DNA of 64,000 bases from the NCBI GenBank assembly GCA_051047955.1, contig JBPGPT010000018.1, positions 124,001-188,000 of the forward strand, given 5' to 3'. The stretch's first letter is position 1. Each line of letters opens with the position of its first letter. This document shows positions 25,462-39,500 of this stretch, piece after piece. The translations under genes and the position numbers were made by a program. This DNA is from Cystobasidiomycetes sp. EMM_F5. Lineage: Eukaryota. The notes under the pieces were generated by a model. That model had not been told where the DNA came from and made no database searches. It saw only the letters and a list, made by a program, of their open reading frames with translations.

Positions 25462-26891
25462 ATGCGGCCCCGTATGTGATTGCTCGCCGTCGTCTGAGAT
25501 GGCCAGCTGATATCGGACATGTCTGACAGAACGGGCAGCGGCCAGCAAGGCCATGACGGACATTGCAAAGTTTGCCGGGGATGAAGTCGACGACGCGGCT
25601 AATCCTTCTGCTGGTGCCTCACAGTCTGCTGGCGTAGACGATGCGTTCGTCCCAAGTGTCGCAGTCGTTGACGCGAACGAACGGATTGACCAAACATTCC
25701 ATGCCGTCAAATCTAACAAAAAAACCAGCCAAGAAAAAGACCAAAAAGACTACACAGCAAGGATCCGACGGTCTGGATATCGCCCGCACCACCCCCTTGT
25801 CCCGTCTGGAAGCCTTGCCTACTGAAATCCGTCTCCACATTCTTCGCTATCTAGTCTATTTCCCACGAGCCATCTTGAACATGATGTCGGTGTCCAAGGT
25901 CTGGTACAAGACTTACAACATGAAGAGCAAGTCCATCGACCAACTCATCTGGAAGTACTTTGTCAATGTCGGCTTGGGAGGATTGCGCAAGTCCCCTGGC
26001 TGCAAGACTTACCGAGACACGTGGCTTGCGCGCATGAGAGGTATCTGTCTGAGCTGCCGCACCCACACAAGCGCAAAGTTTGGGACCATCTGCCCCGAAG
26101 TCTCGGCCTGGGTAGTCGTATGCGAGAAATGCCAATCTTCCGGACACGCTTTTTATCGTGTTGTTTCCGAAAGCCGCGCACTCGCATTAGGCGCACGTTC
26201 TCATCATTTGGACAATGTGCCCTTCAAGTGGAGGACGGACGATGATTCGCACAATCCATACTCGCGCAAGAATTGGTACAAGCAGTATTGGAAGAAGAGC
26301 GTTCTTAAAGCAATCGAGGTTGGAGTCGTTCAGGATGAGATAGATCGCGTCAGGCGAATCGAAGAGGAGAGAGTCGCCAAAATCGAGCGCGAAGCGGCGG
26401 AGAAGCGTGCCAAAGAAGAGCGCATAAAGGCCAAGAAGCTTGCGGCAGAAAAGCTTGTCAAGGACACAGAAGCAAGAATCGAGGCCTTCAACGGAGACAA
26501 AGTCGCTCTTCGTCGAGGCTTGAAGGACTTCGAGGCCAAAGCTTATCCCATCTCGCCGAAAATGAACAAACTTGTAGAAGAGGCGCTGGCAGCCATCACT
26601 ACCGTTCCTGAATCTCATCTGAACGAAATCATCGCTTACGAGAAACGTATCCTGGACACCATGGATTCGGTCACTGATGCTCTGGAAGATGTCGGAATTG
26701 ATGCAGACGATGTCCAACTCCTCTCTGATCTGGTCGACAAGGACAATCCTCGCGCTCGCCGAGTATGGATCGACTCACTCATCGGCAAGACCGTCAGCCT
26801 CAAGAAATACGTCAGTGCAGCACAGATTGAAGCCAAGAAGATGAAGAAGACAAAGGCAAAGCGAGACAAGGAGCCCTCTCCGGAGATATAG
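25462..26891 (+). CDS. F-box / C4 zinc finger / XPA-like protein, copy 2
   Basis: Micro exon ATGCGGCCCC plus gtatgt..cag intron gives MRPQRAAASKAMTDI; F-box LEALPTEIRLHIL; CLSC..CEKC; PFKWRTD..NPY..WYKQYW; one C-terminal repeat. Needs either intron 25656-25728 or loss of one A from the A7 run. Confidence 0.8.
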
Positions 26892-27355
26892 GGAGCGGGA
26901 ACGGCTGTGTGTGCAAAATGAACGGACATGGAAGCAGTGCAGAGGCAGAAGTAAACAAGTGGATGAATTGAGGTCGGAGGATTGATCGATACAGAATAGG
27001 AGCAGCAGAACGAGAAGGGCAATACGCAGGGCCGGACAGTGCGCAAGAGAGGCTGGGAGTGCTGTTGCGGCCTTGTCGCGCGATCAGCAGGTACTGGGAG
27101 CGGACAATTTTCGAGGTTGTTGCAAGGCTGCAGAGATATGATACCAGGACAGTGTGCTGAGTGCTTCTTACACTTGTACCATACTCTTCTAATCTTCATT
27201 CAGCGTTGTTTTTTCCTGTTTATTGACCTTTTTCTGGCCATGCAGAGCGACATTGTGCCTGATTCTGCCTTCGAATTCAGGATGTCGAGGAAAATGTGGA
27301 CCATCTCAGCTTGACCATTCAGCCGGGGAGTGGGCTAGACTATACTGAAGGCAAA

Positions 27356-28693
27356 ATGCGACCTCGTGAGTGCTGCAGTGTCGTCGTCGCTGCGTCGTTG
27401 GCTGAGTTATGGTTGTGTTGGATAGAACGGGCAGCGGCCAATACTGCCATGTCTGGCATCGCAAGGATGGCCGAGGATGAGTCTACAGATGCTATCAACG
27501 ACTCTGGCATCGGCGGAACCTCCGCGACAGCAGAAGACGAAGCCTTCGATCCCGCCAGCAACGGCAAACTGTCCAAAAAGAAGAAAAAGGACAAGATCCA
27601 GCAAGCAGCGGAGAATGGTTTTGCGTTGACTTCTCCCCTCTCTCGCTTTGAAGCCCTACCCCACGAGATTACCGTCAAGATCCTTCGCCAGCTCGACCCT
27701 CACACAATCCTTAATCTCCTGACGCTTTCCAAGGCCTGGCATCACATCATGACTGTCGGTGACGCCATGGACCGAGAATGGCGCTTCTTTTGCGAAGAAA
27801 TGGGATCTCAGCGGCGCTCGGCTGGATGTAAGACTTGGCACGAGACCTGGCTCTCAGTCATCAGGCGGAGATGCCTCTGCTGCGGAGATGACTCTACCGC
27901 TCAGTTCGGCTTGATCTGGCCTGAAGGACCAGACTGGACAGTCATCTGCACATACTGCCAGGTGAATGACCCGTATTTTGCCGTCGTTAGCGAAAAGTTT
28001 GCATTGCATACGATGGGCGCAGAACACAGTGACTTGGACAGTCTTCCCTTCAAGTGGCGTACCGACTCTTCCAACAGCAGCTACGGACGAAACAAGCACT
28101 GGTACAAACAGTACTGGCGAAAAGCTGTAGTGGCGTCGATCGAGAAGGGCCGTGCTATCCGAGCGCGCAAGGAAGAGGAAGAAGCGGCAGCTGCCAAAAT
28201 CGAAGAGGAGAAACGTATCGCGGCTGCGGAAGCTGCTCATCAAGAACGTCTTGCCAAGTTTGATGCCAAGGTGGCAGGTTTTTCAGGCTCTGTTCCCCCT
28301 CTCCGCAATGCTGTCCGTGCAGCCAGAGACTCTGCTTACCCAGCTTCGCCGAAACTCATCAAGATGTATGAGAACGCTTTAGAGAACGATGCCGATGACA
28401 TCGAAGAGGAGCTTGAAGGCATTGTCGAGTATCACAAGAGCATCAAGGCCATGCACAAGACGATCAATGCTGCAATGAAGAAAGCAGGTTTGGACGCCCA
28501 AGACCACGTGATCCCTCTTGATGAGCTTGTTGACAAGAAGAACAGTCGCGCTCGAAAAGTGTGGATTGACGGCCTCATCAGCAAAAGCGTTTCGATCAAA
28601 GCGTATATCGAGGCTGCTCAGGAGGAAACTGCTTCCATGCTAACGGGCGAAGCGGTCCAAGGAGGAGACAGTGAAGTTACTCAAGCTGAATGA
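27356..28693 (+). CDS. F-box / C4 zinc finger / XPA-like protein, copy 3
   Basis: Micro exon ATGCGACCTC plus gtgagt..tag intron gives MRPQRAAANTAMSGI; FEALPHEITVKIL; CLCC..CTYC; LPFKWRTD..WYKQYW; one C-terminal repeat. Confidence 0.85.
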   Translation: MRPRECCSVVVAASLAELWLCWIERAAANTAMSGIARMAEDESTDAINDSGIGGTSATAEDEAFDPASNGKLSKKKKKDKIQQAAENGFALTSPLSRFEALPHEITVKILRQLDPHTILNLLTLSKAWHHIMTVGDAMDREWRFFCEEMGSQRRSAGCKTWHETWLSVIRRRCLCCGDDSTAQFGLIWPEGPDWTVICTYCQVNDPYFAVVSEKFALHTMGAEHSDLDSLPFKWRTDSSNSSYGRNKHWYKQYWRKAVVASIEKGRAIRARKEEEEAAAAKIEEEKRIAAAEAAHQERLAKFDAKVAGFSGSVPPLRNAVRAARDSAYPASPKLIKMYENALENDADDIEEELEGIVEYHKSIKAMHKTINAAMKKAGLDAQDHVIPLDELVDKKNSRARKVWIDGLISKSVSIKAYIEAAQEETASMLTGEAVQGGDSEVTQAE

Positions 28694-29032
28694 GAGTATG
28701 CCTGCAACTGGCGGGAGGTGAGGGAAAAAGACGAAGTCGAAGAATGAGGAAAGTGATAGTTGGTGTAGGGACAAGTGCGGGGAGCAAGTGACAACATGGA
28801 TCTGGAAGGATGGGAATGACGAGTGAATACTTCCATTTGAACACAAGGCTACCCTTGTAACATCAGCTTTTAGCCGTCGTCGCATCGTTGTTTCGTCTGA
28901 TTGCTTTTGCATGTATCGTGATATTTGTGCCTGATTCAGCTGTGACATCCTCTGGAAAACACCATTCAACTGAGCTCTTCTTCGCATTGCACAGCCAGCC
29001 TCATAGTCTCTTTAGGTCATTTCACTGGCGAC

Positions 29033-30356
29033 ATGGAGCCTCGTGAGTTCAACGAATAGCCGCCTTTCGAGCTGCTACGACCAGTCCTGACCTGCGTCCG
29101 ATGCGACTACAGAAGGGGCTGCACCGAGCAATACCGTGTCCACCCGGTCGAGGACTTTGGCAAGCAGGACAGCCTCTTTGGCTGCTGGAAATACGCCCGC
29201 TGCGACCGTTGTGCCGCCCGAAGCCGCAGAGTTGACTGCTGCTGACAGCGCCCCAACAAAGCCCAAGAAAAAAACCCGAGGCAAGGCTAAAGAAGTCCCG
29301 AAAGCCGTCTATGTCTCTCTTTTGGAGTCCCTTCCACTTGAAATCGTCTTAAACATTCTCCGGCAACTCAACCCTCACTCTCTTCTTAGTGTTTTGACCC
29401 TTTCGAGGAGATGGCATTACACAGTCACTACAGGCCAGACAATGGAGCTAGAGTGGCATTTCTTCTGTAATCGTGCCGGTGTTCATCAGCAGGTCAGCGG
29501 CAAATCCTGGTATGAGACCTGGCTTTCCGTAATAAAGCGAAACTGCCGCAATTGCCGGAAGAGCGTGACTGCAAGCTATAAAGTACAGAGCGGTGAGATA
29601 GTACCACTCACCAGAGGCATGTGTGCCGCCTGCAACAAGGTGTGCGATACGTATAGCCTTCAGCAAGTGGACTACTTCGACGACTCCGACTACGACGACT
29701 CCGACGACTCCCTCAATTTCGACCGGAACGACTGGATCTCCTTTGAGCGGGCATTGGACATTCTCGGAGAGAAACGCTTACGCGGACTATCGAGAGGCTA
29801 CTACGGTGACTTTAGACGGAGCGAAGTGTACTATACGGCTGAGCGTGTCGAGCTGGGTAGACTGGCCGAAAAGGCGAAAAAGCGGCGGCGCATTGCGCAC
29901 TTTGATGTCAAGGTCGCTAGCTTCACCGGAGATGTGACAGCTCTTAAGGCAGCAGTTATCGCAACCAGAAAAGCCGAGTATCCAGCCTCTCCCAAGCTCG
30001 CAAGCATGTACCAGGCAGCACTGGGGGATTTAAGCGGGGACCTGAAAAAACACTTCAACGCCATACTTGCGTACTACAAAAGTATTAAAGCAATGCTGGA
30101 AACCATAAATGCCGCATTGGAGAAAGCAGGACTGAACCAGGAGGAGCATGTGATCCCGCTGGATGAGCTTGTAGACAAGACCAAACCTCGTGCTCGAAAG
30201 ATCTGGATCGACAGCCTCGTCAGCAAGACTGTCTCTATCAAAGCCTATATCGAGGCAACTCGGAAGAAAGTCACTCCCGCTGTACAGCCGGAGACCGTTC
30301 AAGAAGAAACTGGTGAAGCCCCTCATGCCGAAGCGGCAGACGAACCTGGCATTTAA
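29033..30356 (+). CDS. F-box / C4 zinc finger protein, copy 4 (divergent middle domain)
   Basis: Micro exon ATGGAGCCTC plus gtgagt..cag intron gives MEPQGAAPSNTVSTR; LESLPLEIVLNIL; CRNC..CAAC; C-terminal repeat very similar to copy 3. Confidence 0.85.
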
Positions 30357-30550
30357 GCAGGGAGACACCATTAGCAACAATCTGTCGCATTCCGCATTCG
30401 AGAAGTTGGGCGCTGAGCGAGTGCGAATGATTTAGGCAGGAGATAGGAGACGAGGGGAACAGCGAGCAAGATAGGACAATAATACAGGCAATCAGGCCCT
30501 ACACCTGCGCAAAGAAAGGGGGTTAGAAGGGTGGGAGATTGAAGCTGAGT

Positions 30551-30810
30551 AAAAGAAGGAAAAGAGGAAAGAAAAAAGAGAAAAGAAAAAAAAAGAAAGA
30601 AAAAGAAAGAAAAAGAAAGAAAAAAAAAGGAAAGAAAAGGAACGGAAAGGAAAAGAAGGGAAAAACATAAATTCGAAAAACGGGGAAAGAAAGTAAAAAT
30701 CAGAACAGAATATATAAAAAAAAAGGAAAAAGGAAAAGGAGAAAACGAAAGGATAAACAAACAGAAAAATAGAAAAGCGAGAAAAAGAAAACAAGAATAA
30801 AAAACAAAAC
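30551..30810 (+). repeat. ~260-nt A-rich polypurine low-complexity tract
   Basis: Mostly A/G (aaaagaaggaaaagaggaaagaaaaaag...), lying between two convergent genes. Confidence 0.9.
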
Positions 30811-31025
30811 TAGCAAAGATCGGTGGGACGATTGAATGGAGCTTAGGTTGGAGAAATGCCTGCAGTGGAGATGATACGCATTGTCAGCGCAAGTTCTGAG
30901 TGGCAGTTTGGGTTGTTTCGAGCGGATGATGCTTCAAAGTTGATGCCAAATCTTCTGTTAGTCTGAATCTGAGAACAGGCAACATTATGACCTTGCTCGA
31001 CTCGGAGAGCAGACAATATCCATAA

Positions 31026-33730
<2,705 letters not shown>

Positions 33731-33985
33731 GTTGTCCAGTCTGCAGTGTCAGAGTGTGTTGAAGATGGAGGTGGAGGAAGCAAGAGGTTGATTAATGTAC
33801 AATTACAAGTAGACAGGGAGAGTAGGGTATGAATATAACAGTATTATTACTATAATATTACTGTAGTATTACTAGCATTAACATATCATTACTATCCCTT
33901 CTAATGCCATCCTGCACTGCCATTACTTGAATCACCTACCCAAGTTGTCTGTTTACCAACCATGCAATAGCAACACAACACAACC

Positions 33986-36440
33986 ATGCACTCGACACCC
34001 CCACGGCTCTCTCGGCGGCAGAGTAGCAGCTACAGCAACCATCGCAGTCACTCGCATCCCCAGCCATCCTCCCACTCCGATACTGCCCACCCTCCAAGCC
34101 ACCACCCAACTCCCTCGGATCCACTGAGTGCAGCGTCGTCGAGCGGGAGCACGAGCGTCTTTGCTACCCCATCCAGCGCGAGGGGTGTCGGTGGTATGGG
34201 GGGAGCGGATCCAGCGTCGAGGGGGTCGGGGTTGGGCAGTGAGGACAGCGACGACGACGAGGACGATACAACATACGACGACAGCAACACGACAGACGAG
34301 GAGAGTGCAAGTGTGTCTGCCCAGCGATACAAGGGCGGACAGAGGTACACAAAGATACTCAGCAGCGAGGAGGACGATGTGTCGAATACTACACCCCACA
34401 AGAGCAGTAGGATTAGCGTTGGTCTGGGCGACGAGAATGAGAATGACAACGACATAGACAACCTCGACTTGGGCTTTGGAGAGTACGACAACACTCCCGA
34501 CAACGACCAGGCGACACTCGACGCACGCAGGAGACTGCAGACTCGACGCGTCTATGGCGGTGGTGCACACTTTCACTCGGTAGCACTCGCAGCACCAGGC
34601 CTCCCAGGTGGGAGTAGGGGAGTAGTATCGACCGCCTGGATGCTCTTTGCCTACTCGGTCGGACCCGGGACGCCCCTTCTCATCGCATACGCCTACTCGC
34701 TCACCGGGCTGTACTTTGGAATACCCCTCACAGCAGGGCTCCTCCTCGTAGGAGCAGCATTCGCTCCGACTGTCCTCACCGTCGAAGCACGCTACGTAGG
34801 AGCTCGCACGTACGCCAGTCTAGCGGGTGCAGTGGTACCCCAAGTCTACGGGATACGCTACGCAGGCGAGACACTACTCCACCTCTTTTCCGTCTTTGTA
34901 GCAGGAGGTCGCGGTCTCATCGCACTCTACATTGCCAGAGATCTCCTCGCCCAACTCGCTTCACACCTCTTTCCACGCGCAGACATTCTCCAATCCCGTC
35001 TCTTTTTAGGTCTTGTGCTAGGTCTAACGCATGCCCTTCCTGCCGCTCTCCTTCTGCCGACAGTATCGTGTGTAAGCGTAAAGCGTACGTCCTCTTCCTC
35101 CCGCCGTAGATTCAGCCTCGTAGCGGGCAACAAGTCTTCACGTTCCAATTCATTCCTAGCAGCCATACCCCTATCGGCGCCTCTCCTCTATCCGGTCATT
35201 CTATTGATACTGGGCGTTTCGTTGAAAAACCTCGAAAACTATCCATCCATTCTCAAACCTCACCCCAAGACACGTCCGCCATTCTCAACCGAACCCCTCC
35301 ATACACCCACACTATGGTCTGGCGTATCGGTTCTCCTTCTCCTGACTGCTGGCATACAACAGCACGTTTTTGCACTGTATCGCCAACTCCGACGCGCTCC
35401 TGCTCATCCAGGAGCAACAGCAAGCCAGACCAACCTCTCTTCCTCGAAAACGTCGACAGTCTCCAAATCAGCACCTGCAAATGCCGGATTGACTGCTTCT
35501 GCCCCACCAAATGCCATGCAAAAGTATCTGAATCGACATCGCTGGGAGAGTAGCTTGCTCTTGTCGGCATTCCTTACTGCCCTCGTCTTGATTCCGTTTG
35601 GAAGCGTTGGATATGCATCGCTCTTGAAAATCTCGCCAGATTTGTTTGGGACGCTGCCGTTGGATCATGCGTGGTTCAATTTTGCAAGAGTCCTGGCCGT
35701 CGTCTGTGTACTGCTTGGTGTGCGAAATGCCATGAAACCAGCAGAGACGGCTGCGAGAGCTATCGTATCGATGCCGAGGAAATTGTGGTACCCCCACATT
35801 GTCAGGCAGAGAGATGGATCTGGAAACGCGTCACGACATAAACGGCGCAGAAGTGGAAGTAGCGTCATGGATCTGGATGGGGGTGGGATTGAAGAGGATG
35901 CGCTCGAAGGAGAAAGTGCCATCTACACGCACCACGATGATGAAGAGATGGGGAACGAAGGACAGTTACGCTCAATGTCCCAGTATGTCGGTAGTGCGGC
36001 GAGGACGAGAGCATGGGAAGGGAGAATCGCAAACTCCCTCGTCTATGGTGGTGTCACGGCCCTCCTGTGTACCGTGCGCGATCTCGGTTCCCTCGCAGAG
36101 ATTATTGGAGGCATTGGCGCATCGTGGTATAGTTTCATCCTGCCGGGTGAGATTATTTCGTGTCTTGATGGCTGGAGTGCGGCATGCTGATACATACTCC
36201 TTGTCAACAGCCGCATTCTTTATTATCCTGTTCCACGTCCGGCGACCCCGAACAATCTTCCTGACAGACACGTCGGCGCCGGCTATTCAACAAGATACGC
36301 TGCTCTTACAAAAGGAGAGGCAGTTGCAGAAACGACTGATGGGAAAACGGATAGGGATTGATCTCGCTACGTTTGGACTCCTCCTCCCTGCGGGGATCGT
36401 GGGGTTCAGCCGGAGTATTTGGGCGTTGGCGAGTAGTTGA
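33986..36440 (+). CDS. Amino-acid transporter (Aa_trans/AVT-like) membrane protein with acidic N-terminus
   Basis: Multiple hydrophobic TM segments; SVGPG..L.IAYAYSLTG; YVGARTYASL; GSVGY; DLGSLAEIIGG..S.Y.FILP. One intron near 36146-36210. Confidence 0.65.
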
Positions 36441-36555
36441 AGAGGGACACTGCGGTTGAGAAGGGTGTCATTTACCGACTTTTGCGACTAGCTTGTATCT
36501 TGTAGCAATGTATCGGATAGTAGTCGGTCAAATTATATGTTGACGCTGCACCACA

Positions 36556-39500
36556 ATGTCGAAATGGATCTCGTCCAAGAAGCGGCGCACAAAGGAACGA
36601 GGAGGAGGACTTGCGAGCAACATTTCGACGCTCTTCCACGACCAGCCTGGGGCTGTCTCTGTTGTCGCTGACGGCGATGGCTATGACGATGCTGCCGGAG
36701 CATACGACGATAGCGGCGAGCCCGTTGCTTCGACTTCGAATATCAGCGCACCTCTGTCCTACGATGGAGCTGCCAGACGACTATCGCGGTCCTCCAGCGT
36801 CGCTTCAGACGCTATCGACGAGACGGACCATCTAGCCACCGTCCATCCAGTCTCGAAGCGTCGAAAGACGGCAGGCCATTTGGATCTAGTGGAAACGTCG
36901 GCGAATGGCAAATTATCCACACTGCCTCGCGGTGGGAAGCCTATGTCGTCGCCTCGTAGAGGAAAAGGGAGAGCGAAAGGCGCAACAACATCAAACGCAA
37001 ACAGCCATTTCGTGGCAACCGTGGAATGGCCGGAACACTTCAAGAAACTCCAACGCACGTTTCAAGCTATCAACACAGTCTATACCTTCCTTTCCACGCG
37101 CAAACACCTTGCAAGCACGTATGAGAATCTGAAATCTAGCGTAGAAGCAATCATAAAGAGGTGCGTTACCTTCCCCACTAAGAATTGTTGCAGTATACCG
37201 CTGACGTCTCCTGCTGTCCGACAGACCTCTCGAGGTATACGATATTGCGCAGATCAAATCCCTCGTCCCCACCCTCATCAAATTCGCCTACATCGACAGA
37301 GAACTGCTTCAAGTGCATTCGCTGAGCGAAGCAGCAGCCAAGAAGTTGCATAAACAAAACCAAGCCGATCAGCTGTTTGTAGTGAAGGACCCGACAGCGC
37401 AGATGCAACCATTGTTTGCTCCGGATGATGCTGCTGATCCAAAGAATGGAGATGGTGAACCGACTGTTGACCAGGTTCTCGTCTTTGAATTCAACGACGG
37501 AGAGCTCAAGGGAAAGGGAGGCAAAGTCATTCACAAGAAATTTGCGTAAGTCGGCAGTTGACTCCCTTCGCATGTTCACGCTTAGCTGAATGACCGGATA
37601 CGTCAGTACAAAGAAGGCTCAAAACACAGATCCCGAAAAGATGAAGCCCGTAGCTACATTCTCAACAAAGTCTATGGGTGCGTCCAGGTTTAGACTTGGG
37701 CATGGGGCTGCTACTGATGTATATTCAACAGCAACCCTCATTGAAAAGCGCAATGCCAAATTTGAATCTGCCGTTGATGAATTGCTTGTGTCGTGTGCGG
37801 CGCAAGGGGAAGATCCCATGGAGCTTCTGCTGCATGCAACAGACGATCATGTTCCCGTCAATAATCATGATGGCTCTCCCGCCGTCACCCCGCTCAACGA
37901 ACGTAGATCCGATCTAGACTTTTTCCTTCGCAATCCAGAAAACCGTCCGACTATCGAGAGTGTCGTTGACGAGATTATTGCCGGAGAGGACTACAAGAAC
38001 CAGATTGTGGATGGAGGGCGGAGGACGATAGATGAGCGGACAGCTACTTTTGGTGACCTGGACAATCCTCTATCGCAGCAGTTGATGGACGCCCTGTGGG
38101 AGACGAAGAAGATTACGCGATTGTACAAGCATCAAGCAGAAGCTATCAATCATCTTGACAGAGGCAAGAGCGTCATTATTTCTACGTCTACCTCCTCTGG
38201 CAAATCCCTCATATACCAGCTGCCAGTCATGAAGGCATTCGAAAAGGATCCAGCTTCCACAGCAATTTATATTTACCCGACCAAGGCGCTCGCGCAGGAT
38301 CAGAAACGCGGCTTGACAGACCTGCTGGCATGCTGTGATGCTCTAGAGCACATCAAGATTGCAACATTCGACGGTGATACGCCAAGGGAAGACCGAGAAT
38401 ACATACGAGACAACGCAAACGTCATCTTTGTCAATCCAGATATCCTTCACGTCACTATCATGCCAAACGAAGAGCAATGGAGACGAATGTTCCGCAACCT
38501 GAAGTTGGTAGTGGTGGATGGTAAGTGTCGTGTGCACAGGAATATCAACGTGTGCTGACACCTGCGAAGAGCTGCACATGTATAATGGTCTTTTTGGATC
38601 GCACGTCGCGATGGTAATGCGTAGGTTACGCCGAATATGCGCAGCTGTCGGCAACGAGGATGTTCTCTTCGTGTCATGTTCCGCAACGATCGAAAATCCT
38701 GCAGATGTAAGGCATGATTTTGCAGTGGGTATACAAGCTGATGGTCTTTTAGCATATGCGGGCTGTGTTTGGAGTCGAGGACGTAGAGGTAGTCGACCAA
38801 GACGGCTCACCATGCGGACAGAAAGAATGGATCGTGTGGAATCCGCCGTGGATCGATCCCACAGATGTCACGCAAGGTCGCATCTCCAGTATTCAGGAAG
38901 CATCCCGCATTTTCCGCTTTCTGATGGATCGAGGTATTCGCACCATTCTGTTTTGCAAGGTACGCAGATGCAGCAATACGTAGCCACAGAGCCTGCCTTG
39001 AATCGTTCTTCATAGGTACGAAAGAGCTGCGAGCTACTAATAAGACAAGTCAGAGCAGATTTGATGCTAGAAGGGCGAAGCGACATGGCTTCCCGAGTCA
39101 TGGCGTATAGATCAGGATATAGTCCAGCTGTGAGTGGACTGTTCTCGCATACTGTAGCGTACTGGCGGACTTACCATGCTACGCGCAGGACCGCCGCCGC
39201 ATCGAGCAAGAAATGTTCCGTGGCCAGCTGCTGGGTATTATAGCAACTACTGCGCTCGAATTAGGCATAGATATCGGATCGCTCGATGCTGTGATAACAG
39301 TCGGCTTCCCTTACACTTTGCCTGGTCTGCGGCAACAAGCTGGTCGTGCCGGGAGAAGGAACAAAGATTCATTAGCAATGCTCATTTGCGATCCTTTTCC
39401 TATCGAGTGTGTTGCTCCACTGAGATCTGCAATAACTCGTACTGATTGCCTTCCAGTCAACATTATGCCAAACACCCTCACGAGATATTCACTAATCCGT

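Noticed and set aside
30371..30794. Phe/Ser/Leu-rich ORFs on the minus strand
   Set aside because: Translation artefacts of the polypurine tract.
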